Shown piece after piece: positions 18,287-26,337 of a DNA stretch of 40,000 nucleotides; the stretch's first letter is position 1, and each line of letters begins with the position of its first letter. Source of the DNA: Acidisphaera rubrifaciens HS-AP3 (GTDB lineage Bacteria; Pseudomonadota; Alphaproteobacteria; Acetobacterales; Acetobacteraceae); assembly GCF_000964365.1 (NCBI RefSeq), contig NZ_BANB01000009.1, positions 1 to 40,000 on the forward strand, given 5' to 3'. The translations under genes and the position numbers were made by a program. The notes beneath the pieces were generated by a model that was not told the DNA's origin, made no database searches, and saw only the letters and a list, made by a program, of their open reading frames with translations.

Positions 18287-18315
18287 AAAACCCCGTCCGG
18301 CGGTTCCGGACGGGG
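18287..18315 (-). terminator. Rho-independent terminator after the DUF736 gene (possibly bidirectional)
   Basis: The stem is CCCCGTCCGG (18291-18300) / CCGGACGGGG (18306-18315) with a 5-nt loop. On the minus-strand RNA it is followed by UUUUCCGUUU. Confidence 0.8.
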
Positions 18316-18330
18316 CTTCGCGTCGTCGGC

Positions 18331-18654
18331 TCAGTCGCCGTTGGTGCGGCGGCTGCGCGACCAGATCAGGGTGAACCCCTCGCCGTCCTCGTCATCGACC
18401 AAGTTGGCGTAGATCGGCGCGTTGAAGCTGGGATCGTCCAGCTTGACCGAGAGATAGTCGCGCCCCTCGTTCGAGCGCTTGGACCAGGCCGCCCCGATCT
18501 CCGCCCGGCCGACGAAGATGCGGTGGCTGGGCGTGTTGTCGCTCGCCCGGTTGGCCTCCGGGACGATGCGGACGCCCTTGGTCTGAACGCTGAGGGTGAC
18601 GATTTCGCCCTGCAGCTCGCTGCCGACCTTCTTGAAGGAACCGATGGTGGCCAT
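18331..18654 (-). CDS. DUF736-family protein
   Basis: Start at ATG 18654 with an AAGGAGAAG RBS. Translation: MATIGSFKKVGSELQGEIVTLSVQTKGVRIVPEANRASDNTPSHRIFVGRAEIGAAWSKRSNEGRDYLSVKLDDPSF. Confidence 0.85.
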   Translation of the reverse strand: MATIGSFKKVGSELQGEIVTLSVQTKGVRIVPEANRASDNTPSHRIFVGRAEIGAAWSKRSNEGRDYLSVKLDDPSFNAPIYANLVDDEDGEGFTLIWSRSRRTNGD

Positions 18655-19288
18655 GTCACTTCTCCTTGCTGTTCGCGAGCCCGCGACCATCGCGGCCTCG
18701 ATGGCGATCGGCAGGCCGAAGACGATCGACGACGCACCCGACGGTCGGGGTCCCCATCGCCGCCCTTTCGGCGTATGTGCGATGGGGTGGCCCGAGGGCC
18801 GTAGCGCAGCGGAGGACGGCGCCGAGGAGACTTTCTTGTCTCGCGAGGAATGGGCCGATCCGGGGTCCCGCGGGCTCGTCCCGTGGGGTGGTCGGTCCAG
18901 GGGAAGAAAGTCGATGCGGCGACGTTGCGGCTCAGACGATCGAGGCGCAGCCGGTCTTCGGCCAGATCAAGCCAAGGAGAGGCCCCGTGCTCGCGCGCGG
19001 TGAACAGCATCCTTGGGGAAAGATGTGGCGGGCTTCGGTTCGCACGAACAAGGGGCTGCGGCGCTGACGGGGAGAGAAAGAGCCCCTGGCGCAGAAAAGG
19101 GCGGACCAGCCTGAGTCCCTGAAGGCGGGGAAAGCGACGCTATTTCAGCCAGCACGCAGATCGACGGTGGGTAGACACCGCGGCCTAGCTTCAGCGATAC
19201 GTGAGTGCGCGCGCTTCATTCGTCGGAGGGATGCCCCCGCTCAACGCCGACCTATCCCAAGCTCGACCGCGATCAGAGAAATCGGGGA

Positions 19289-19711
19289 TCAGGAGATCCT
19301 GGGCGTTGTCGCCATCTGCGACTGATCCGACATCGCGACAGAGACACGTCGGACACCGGACGGGTAAGCCATCCCAGCGACTCGGACGACAGCGGTCGCA
19401 CCGATGGCGATCGCGCCCACAATGGCAAACACCTCTCGCCAGCCTTCGGCTGGGACGCCGATCCGGGCCAGCGCGAGGGTGGCGTGGTAGCCGGCAACGG
19501 TTGCGGGCGCGGCGAAAAGGAGCGCGATGAGCCCCCGCAGCACGGGTGAGGCGAAGGTCGCGAAGATCGCTTGGCCGACGACCAACGTAATGGCGCCCGC
19601 CGTAAACCCGACGATCAGGCCGCCGAAGAGACCCGCTCCGCTATGATAGGCGGCGAGGCCCGTGGTCATGCCGGCGAAGAAGGGCAGCGCGTAAACGGCG
19701 AGATTGAACAT
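19289..19711 (-). CDS. Small polytopic membrane protein (140 aa as called); possibly the 3' part of a longer frameshifted gene
   Basis: MFNLAVYALPFFAGMTTGLAAYHSGAGLFGGLIVGFTAGAITLVVGQAIFATF..., with about 4 TM helices. A 37-codon TM-encoding ORF (19711-19824) abuts it in another frame across a T7 tract. Confidence 0.6.
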   Translation of the reverse strand: MFNLAVYALPFFAGMTTGLAAYHSGAGLFGGLIVGFTAGAITLVVGQAIFATFASPVLRGLIALLFAAPATVAGYHATLALARIGVPAEGWREVFAIVGAIAIGATAVVRVAGMAYPSGVRRVSVAMSDQSQMATTPRIS

Positions 19712-19914
19712 CAGCCAGCAAAAAAACCGATGCCGAAGAGACTGAGAACGATGCCGATGGCGAGCATGGTGGCGAACTCCACGACCGAGTCGGACGTAAG
19801 GATCGCGCCTTCCACCACCATCATGGCGCAGACGCGAATATAGTCGAAAAGAGCCGAAGGCGTCAGCAGAAATCCGGCATGGTCGTTCGTTTGGCCTGTG
19901 TCTGTCGACGGCGC

Positions 19915-20850
19915 TCACGCGCCGCCCTTGCCAAACTTCCAGACCGGAATGCCGAGCTTCCGCGCCTTGTCGGCGAGGTTGTCCTGGATGCCGGTACCCG
20001 GGAAGTGCATTACCCCGATCGGCAGGGCGTCCAGCATCGCGTCGTTTCGTTTGAACGGCGCCGCCTTGGCATGCTTCGTCCAGTCGGGCTTGAAGGCGAT
20101 CTGCGGCACCTTGCGGTTGTCGGCCCATTTGGCGGCGATCAGCTCGGCGCCCTTCGGCGAACCGCCGTGCAGCAACACCATGTCAGGGTGCTTGGCGTGG
20201 ACCTGATCGAGCTTGGCCCAGATCAGGCGGTGATCGTTAAAATCGAGGCCACCGGTGACGGCCACCTTCGGCCCGGCCGGCAACAGCACCTCCCGGTCGG
20301 CGCGCTTCTTGGCGGCGAGGAAGTCGCGGCTGTCGATCATCGCGGCGGTGAGGTGGCGATGGTTGACCTTCGATCCGCTGCGCGGCCGCCAGGCCGAGTG
20401 TGTGTGCCGCTCGAACTGATCGGCAGCTTGGTCGCGCATCAGCTCGAAGACGTTGCGGCGCTCGATCAGCGTTTGTCCCTCCGATGTCAGCCGTTCGAGT
20501 TCGACGGATTTGACCTCGCTCCCGTCCTGTTCCCGTTGCGTGCGTCGCTGCGCCAGCTCGTTGTCGTCGAGTTCGCGTTCGATCCGGTCGATGGCGCGAT
20601 GGAACACGTTCACCGTCGACCAGAGCAGATCCTCGAGGTCGGGTTCGAGGCGCGTTTCCGCGAGCGCCACCACGAGGGCGTCGAAGATGTCGGAGATGCT
20701 GCCAGCGAGAATGTGCGGTTCGGGAAGGGGCCGCGGGTCGGGTTCGTCGCGGAAGGGCCGGTAGCCGTAGAGCTGAAGTTCCTGGAGGACACGGTCGGTG
20801 GGGGATGCGCTGTGGCGGGGCTCGAACTCTTCGTCGTGGTCGATGGACAT
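19915..20850 (-). CDS. DUF2493 (SLOG-like) domain protein
   Basis: Start at ATG 20850 with a GAGGAAAG RBS. The C-terminus is VAVTGGLDFNDHRLIWAKLDQVHAKHPDMVLLHGGSPKGAELIAAKWADNRKVPQIAFKPDW. Confidence 0.75.
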   Translation of the reverse strand: MSIDHDEEFEPRHSASPTDRVLQELQLYGYRPFRDEPDPRPLPEPHILAGSISDIFDALVVALAETRLEPDLEDLLWSTVNVFHRAIDRIERELDDNELAQRRTQREQDGSEVKSVELERLTSEGQTLIERRNVFELMRDQAADQFERHTHSAWRPRSGSKVNHRHLTAAMIDSRDFLAAKKRADREVLLPAGPKVAVTGGLDFNDHRLIWAKLDQVHAKHPDMVLLHGGSPKGAELIAAKWADNRKVPQIAFKPDWTKHAKAAPFKRNDAMLDALPIGVMHFPGTGIQDNLADKARKLGIPVWKFGKGGA

Positions 20851-21166
20851 CGCGGCTTTCCTCGTCGGATCGGCCGCGCCCATCGCGGCCTTCATGGCGA
20901 CGAAGGCGGCGGGCGGGGCGGACCTGCACCCGCAGCGCAGCGAAGGGCCGAAGCGCCAGCGGAGGATGGCGTAGGCCGGCGATTTTGCTTCGCGATGGAA
21001 CGGCGCGCAGCGCCGCCGGAAAATCGTTGGCCGCAGCCATTGCCGGTCTGCACCGCATGGCGCCCGATCGCCCTCTCCAGAAGGCCGTGGGCGCGGTCCT
21101 CTCCGCCGCTTAGGGAAAGCCGGTCCATCGCGTGAGAAAGACGAGCCGCGCAGTCTTCCCTGCCGG

Positions 21167-22225
21167 CTATGCCGCCATCTCCATGAAGCGGGCGACGTCC
21201 TGCGCCGCGATCTGCTCCCGTATCGCCGCCCGGAGCGCGTCGATCCCCAGCAGCCGGAGATCCTCGTTGAAATCGCCTAGCCGTGGCGAAAGCACGAGCG
21301 CCTCGGTCCCGGCCGACTGCGCGCGGTCGCGGAGCATCGCCACCGCGCTATCGCCTGCCGGATCGTTGTCGCGGGCGATGTAGAGGCGTCGCAGCATGTC
21401 CGGGAACAGGATGGCCGAAAGATGCGCGGCCGAGAGCGCGGCTACCATCGGCATGGTCGGCAAGACGCAGCGGAGCGACAGCATTGTCTCGATGCCTTCG
21501 CCGGCGGCGAGGACCTCGCCTGCGACGCCGAAGCGCACCGCGTGGCCGAGCAGATCGCCCATAGCCCGTCTCGGCGTGTCGATCGGCGCTTTGCCGAGCG
21601 TCGCCTCGTTGAAGCCGTCAGGGTCGAGCCAGGTGCGATGCACGCCGGTCAGGCGACCCGCGAGATCGGTGACGGCGGCGATCATCGCCGGCCAAGTCTC
21701 GGTCGGGCTGTGCTCGTCCGGCCGGTAATAGCAGCGTGGATGGAAGCGCAGACTGCCGGTTCCGTGCAAAGCCGAAATGCCGCGTTGGCGCAAATACGCT
21801 TCCACGGGAGTGCGCTCGATGGGTTGCGACATAGCGAACAACCGGCGCGCTGCTTCGGAAGATCCGGCCGGCGCATCCGGCCTCGCTGGAGCGACGTTCG
21901 GCCACCGCGACGGTTCAGCAGGTTGCGGAAGGCTCAGGAAAGCGCGGGCTTCATCGACGACGTCCTTGAAGTCGGTAAGGCTGCGGCTCTCGAGGATGAT
22001 GTCGAGCAGATCGCCATGCTCGCCGGTGGCGGCGTCGGTCCATTTGCCGGGCGGACCTTTGGCCGTCTCCCTGAGACGCACGAACATGGACCGCCCCGGC
22101 GTGTTGCGGGCGTCGCCCACGACCCAGTAGGCGCCTTCGCGACGCCCAGCGGAGAGGTAATGGCGGCACACCGCCTCGGCATTGCGAGCGAGGCGGTGTG
22201 CCAGCTCAGCGGCGTTTTCCGCCAT
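21167..22225 (-). CDS. Toprim-domain (primase-like, DUF7146-type N-terminus) protein
   Basis: Start at ATG 22225 (MAENAAELAHRLARNAEAVCRHYLSAGRREGAYWVVGD). The Toprim-like region is LAAGEGIETMLS...LYIARDNDPAGDSA. Confidence 0.75.
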   Translation of the reverse strand: MAENAAELAHRLARNAEAVCRHYLSAGRREGAYWVVGDARNTPGRSMFVRLRETAKGPPGKWTDAATGEHGDLLDIILESRSLTDFKDVVDEARAFLSLPQPAEPSRWPNVAPARPDAPAGSSEAARRLFAMSQPIERTPVEAYLRQRGISALHGTGSLRFHPRCYYRPDEHSPTETWPAMIAAVTDLAGRLTGVHRTWLDPDGFNEATLGKAPIDTPRRAMGDLLGHAVRFGVAGEVLAAGEGIETMLSLRCVLPTMPMVAALSAAHLSAILFPDMLRRLYIARDNDPAGDSAVAMLRDRAQSAGTEALVLSPRLGDFNEDLRLLGIDALRAAIREQIAAQDVARFMEMAA

Positions 22226-22288
22226 GGCGAACTCCCAGACGAAAAAGGCCCGCCATCGCTGGCGGACCAATGAGGCGGATCGATACTT

Positions 22289-24406
22289 CTATTCTGCGGC
22301 GATGCGCTCGGGGCCGGATGCGTCGGCCTCATCTTCGCTTTCGACCGAGGGTTCTCCCATGGCCGTTTCATATCCGGCGACCGCCGTCTCTTCGACCTCA
22401 GGCGCGACCGGTGCGGATTGGTCTGTGCACGCGGCAGAGAGGTTGCCCGAGGGCGCGTGCCCAGGCGTCCGGAGCGGCTCCGGAAGCCAGCGCGCGTCCG
22501 CGAGCAGCGCCTCCGCTTTCACCGCCATGTCGCCTTTCTTCAAATGCTCGATGCTTTCCGCTGCGCGCTCCCCCTTCGACTCTGCAACAGCTTGCAAAAT
22601 CCGCCCTTTGGTGACGCGGCCGAGGAAGTTGTCGACGGTCGGCTGCCATCCTGCGGCGGCCATATCGAGATCGACGGCCTGGGCGAGTTGATCGGCATGG
22701 GCGAAAGCGCGCGGTCTCCGGTTCCATGCCTCATGCACGGCATTGACCGATAGGCTGACCACGTGGGCGAAAAGCGCGCCCCGACTGTCGCCGTCCCAGC
22801 CTTGCAGCGCATTCCATAGGTCGGCCGAGTTCTTCGGGAGCGCCTTTCCCCAGGTTTCGTGGCGAACGCGGATCGCCTCGGCCGCCGCGCTATCGTTCAG
22901 GCCTGGCGCCTGGGCGCTGAAGCTGACGCTCTTCAGATCGAGATCCAGGCAACTATCCGAACCGTAGTGATAAAACGCCTTCAGCGAGAGGGCGTGCAGG
23001 GCGGCGAGAAAGGCGACGTCGGGCCGTTCGCCGAGCGCCTGACGCAGGCCGAGCGTCCGGTGGGCGGTGAGTTCCGTCATCAACCGGTCCGAAATCGGAG
23101 ACAGGCCCTCGTCTTCCTCGGGTTGTGTCGGGGGTTCGTCCACCGTCACGCTATCCCCGCCGTAGCTCGCGGCCACGGGCCGGGCAGCCTGGTCGTCTGC
23201 CGCCGGACCGGGGTCGGACTGCGCCGGCAGCTCGTCCTCGGTGCGAACGTAGCCGCGCTCGACACGCAGGGTGCCGTCATGGGCTATGCTGACGAAGGCG
23301 CCGGCGCGAACAACGTCGGCAGGGTCGAACATGACTGGCCGAGTTTCGAAGGCTTCGATTGCGGTCTCGAGTTCGCCGAAGCGCTGATCGACGTCTTCGG
23401 GCAACTCGTCGGCGTCGGCATATTCCTCCGACAGCCGGTCGTATTCCGCCTGGAGCGCGCTGCGGGTTGCTTCCTCTTCGGCGGTGAGCGGCGCTTCCTG
23501 GCCGCGAAGCTGACGCAGGCCGAAGGTGTGACCGTAGGCGAAGTCGGGCGCGACCTCGATCCACTTCCACCCTTCGGCCGCGATCGCTTCGGATTCCGCC
23601 CTCAGCTTGTCGGCCACCATCTGATCGACCAGCGCGACGTCCTGCAGCCAGCCGCCATCGTCGCCCTGGAACAGGTCACGCAGGATGGCGCCGCCGGCTT
23701 CGACATACGCGTCCACGCCGATGAACTGTACCCGCTTGTCGGAGGCGCGGACGGCGCCTTCGGTCAGCATCCGACGAATGGTGTGCGGCTGCTTGTCATA
23801 GGAAGTTTGCAGCCGCTCGAACACCTGTTCCTGGCGCGCGTGATCGGCGGAGACGGTGAAGGCCATGAGTTGATCGAGAGTCATGCCGTCGTCGGCATAG
23901 GCGTCGAGCAGGGCCGGTGAGACCGAAGCGAGCTTCAGCCGCTGCTTCACCACATTGACCGAAACGAAAAACGCGGCAGCCATTTCCTCCTCGGACTGGC
24001 CCTTCTCGCGCAGCGCCAGAAAGGCCCGGAATTGATCGAGCGGATGCAGCGGCGCGCGCTGGACGTTCTCGGCCAGCGAGTCCTCCTCGGCGATGCCGCC
24101 CTCGCGAATCACGCACGGCACGGGCGCGGTCTTGGCGAGCCGCTTCTGTTTCACGAGCAGCTCCAGCGCCCTGTACCGGCGGCCGCCGGCCGGGATCTCG
24201 AATATGCCGGTCTCGACGCCGGCTTGGTCGATGACCGGCCGGACGCTGAGGCCTTGCAGCAGGCCGCGGCGGGCGATGTCTTCGGCCAGTTCCTCGACCG
24301 AGACGCCCGCCTTCACGCGCCGGACGTTCGATTGGCTGAGCACGAGCTTGTTGAAGGGGATGTCGCGCGAGGGAGCGAGGGTGATCTTCTGAACGGCGGT
24401 CGCCAT
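22289..24406 (-). CDS. ParB/Srx N-terminal-domain protein (705 aa, ICE-type ParB-like nuclease domain protein)
   Basis: IPFNKLVLSQSNVRRVKAG...LLQGLSVRP...FEIPAGGRRYRALELL is the ParB box with GGRR. Confidence 0.85.
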   Translation of the reverse strand: MATAVQKITLAPSRDIPFNKLVLSQSNVRRVKAGVSVEELAEDIARRGLLQGLSVRPVIDQAGVETGIFEIPAGGRRYRALELLVKQKRLAKTAPVPCVIREGGIAEEDSLAENVQRAPLHPLDQFRAFLALREKGQSEEEMAAAFFVSVNVVKQRLKLASVSPALLDAYADDGMTLDQLMAFTVSADHARQEQVFERLQTSYDKQPHTIRRMLTEGAVRASDKRVQFIGVDAYVEAGGAILRDLFQGDDGGWLQDVALVDQMVADKLRAESEAIAAEGWKWIEVAPDFAYGHTFGLRQLRGQEAPLTAEEEATRSALQAEYDRLSEEYADADELPEDVDQRFGELETAIEAFETRPVMFDPADVVRAGAFVSIAHDGTLRVERGYVRTEDELPAQSDPGPAADDQAARPVAASYGGDSVTVDEPPTQPEEDEGLSPISDRLMTELTAHRTLGLRQALGERPDVAFLAALHALSLKAFYHYGSDSCLDLDLKSVSFSAQAPGLNDSAAAEAIRVRHETWGKALPKNSADLWNALQGWDGDSRGALFAHVVSLSVNAVHEAWNRRPRAFAHADQLAQAVDLDMAAAGWQPTVDNFLGRVTKGRILQAVAESKGERAAESIEHLKKGDMAVKAEALLADARWLPEPLRTPGHAPSGNLSAACTDQSAPVAPEVEETAVAGYETAMGEPSVESEDEADASGPERIAAE

Positions 24407-24497
24407 GAGATGATACTCCGCGACGGGCGGCCGAAAGCCTCTCTCTCGGCCTGCAACCCGTCACGGAACACGGCGCCGCCCTCTTCCTCTGAGGGCA
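24407..24497 (-). promoter_or_regulatory. Structured 5' leader copy A (upstream of the ParB-like gene)
   Basis: It shares four collinear blocks (GACGGGCG, GCCTCTC, AACCCGTCAC, CTCTTCCTCT) with 25836-25925. GACGGG/CCCGTC form an inverted repeat enclosing a second stem, GCCGA/TCGGC. Confidence 0.6.
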
Positions 24498-24638
24498 GCG
24501 CCGCGAAACCATTGATTAGGATAGAGAAAGCTGCCGGTGACTACCAATCGGCGGGCCATTGACTACCAATCTGCCGAAGGCTGCGGTCTGGGTAGAAAGC
24601 CGGAAATGCGCAAATCCGCTTCTCCGGCTTTCCGGTAA

Positions 24639-25835
24639 TCAGGCTGCCCGGTCGAGCAGCCTCTTCGCCCGCGCCTCCAGGTCGAGCCGGGCGTCCTGGT
24701 GGGTCTTGCCGCGGGCGACGGCGGTGATGCCCTGCACGAAATCGAACACGCTCTCGGGTTTGCGACCTTCCTCGGCCAGCACCGTCTCGATGATTTTGGC
24801 TGTCTCGCCCTTCGAGAATCCGCGCTTGCGCAGGAACTCACTTCGATCATCGTCATTGCGGGCGACGATCTTTTCCCGCGCCGCCTTGATGCCGTTGACA
24901 AAGGGCATTGGCGAGGAATTGGCGAAGCGGGTGAGCGCCGGCGCCGCTTCGTGGGCGAAGCGCGAGGCGGCGTATTTGGAGTGCCGGATGGTGATCTCCT
25001 CAAAGTCCTCGACGCCCCACAGATTGCGGTTCTGGCAGACGGCGCGGAGGTAGAAGCTCGCGATGCCCAGCGTCTTGGCGCCGACCTCGGAGTTCCAGCA
25101 GTAGAAGCCGCGGAAATAGAGATCGGGCGAGCCGTCCGGCAGCTGTCCGGCCTCGATCGGGTTGAGGTCGTCCACTAGGAACAGGAAGACGTCGCGGTCC
25201 GAGGCGTAGAGCGTCGTCGTGTCCTGGGTGATGTCGACGGACGGGTTGTAGACCCCGGTGGACCAGTCGAGCACGCCCGGCACTTTCCAGCGCGTGTCGC
25301 CAGTCCCATTGCCGGCGATGCGCTGCACGGCGGCGACCAACTCGTGGTCGAAGATGCGGCCATAGTCCGGCCCGGTCACGGCGCGCAACTCGACGCGGCC
25401 ATCCTCGATCTCGAGCGTCTTGACCTGCTCGGCGCGGTGCGTGGTCAGACCGTATTGCAGGTTGATGCCAGCGAGCGGGGCGGGAAGTTGGCGCAAATAA
25501 GCGGCCGGGGCGCCGACCAGGCTGGCGAGCTGGCCAAAGCTCCAATGCGTTGGAGCGATCGGCGCCTCGGCCTCCGGTAGTATTAGCGTCAGGCGCTCGG
25601 CGTCGCCGCGGCTGGCGTCAACCCGGATCGCGGCGCTCTCCACCGTCCGGGTCCGGCTGCGTTCGGTCCGGCCGCGCACGGACGCAAAGAGCTCCGACAA
25701 GGAGAGATAGCGCTCGTCCGCCGGTCGGCTGAACCACTCCGACGATACGCGGCCGACGCGCTCGCCGCGGCTCACGTCCACCTTGTAGCCGCCGTTACGG
25801 CCGCGAGCGGCGTCCAGAACTTCCATCTGGGTCAT
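24639..25835 (-). CDS. DUF932-family protein
   Basis: 398 aa, MTQMEVLDAARGRNGGYKVDVSRGERVGRVSSEWFSRPADERYLSLSELFASVRGRTERS. The family assignment is from memory of this ICE gene set. Confidence 0.75.
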   Translation of the reverse strand: MTQMEVLDAARGRNGGYKVDVSRGERVGRVSSEWFSRPADERYLSLSELFASVRGRTERSRTRTVESAAIRVDASRGDAERLTLILPEAEAPIAPTHWSFGQLASLVGAPAAYLRQLPAPLAGINLQYGLTTHRAEQVKTLEIEDGRVELRAVTGPDYGRIFDHELVAAVQRIAGNGTGDTRWKVPGVLDWSTGVYNPSVDITQDTTTLYASDRDVFLFLVDDLNPIEAGQLPDGSPDLYFRGFYCWNSEVGAKTLGIASFYLRAVCQNRNLWGVEDFEEITIRHSKYAASRFAHEAAPALTRFANSSPMPFVNGIKAAREKIVARNDDDRSEFLRKRGFSKGETAKIIETVLAEEGRKPESVFDFVQGITAVARGKTHQDARLDLEARAKRLLDRAA

Positions 25836-25925
25836 GGGATATCTCCATGACGGGCGCCGGAGGCCTCTCCTCCAGCCTTTAACCCGTCACAGAAACCCGT
25901 CGGCACTCTTCCTCTATAGGCGGCC
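25836..25925 (-). promoter_or_regulatory. Structured 5' leader copy B (upstream of the DUF932 gene)
   Basis: It has the same four blocks at the same spacing as copy A. The inner stem has a different sequence but is preserved (GGAGG/CCTCC). Confidence 0.6.
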
Positions 25926-26337
25926 TTCGGGAGGCTGGGTGGCTTATGTACGCGCCTTGAACACCGCAGCGCCCCCTAGGAACAACGAGCTTGGCGGACG
26001 TGCCTAGCCACGTTGGGGCGCACGATGGTCCGACACGCGTTGGCGCGGAGGTCGCCGCTTATCAGCAAAATTCCGCCGGTTAAGACGGCAATTAATCTCG
26101 GATTGGTCGGCGCTGCCGGCGCGCAGGTCCCGATAATTGTACCCTGCATCCACGCTTCGAGCATCTCGAACCTCTCGCTGGTGCACAATTTTTTCGAATG
26201 ATCTCTCCAGGGCTAGCTGAAGAATCGCGACTATGCTATCCTCCGCAGATAGTAGTCGATGTCGTCGGCACCCCAAGATGTGGGGTTTGCGAACGCGCTG
26301 ACTAGCAGGTGAGCAACATTTGGGGGCACAGTTATCT

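Noticed and set aside
25976-26201. Two overlapping 60-70-codon ORFs (minus 25976..26188, plus 26013..26201) in the backbone/cargo junction.
   Set aside because: They have no recognisable motif or RBS, and they mutually overlap on opposite strands. They cannot be supported as genes from sequence alone, but the region is flagged in the findings.
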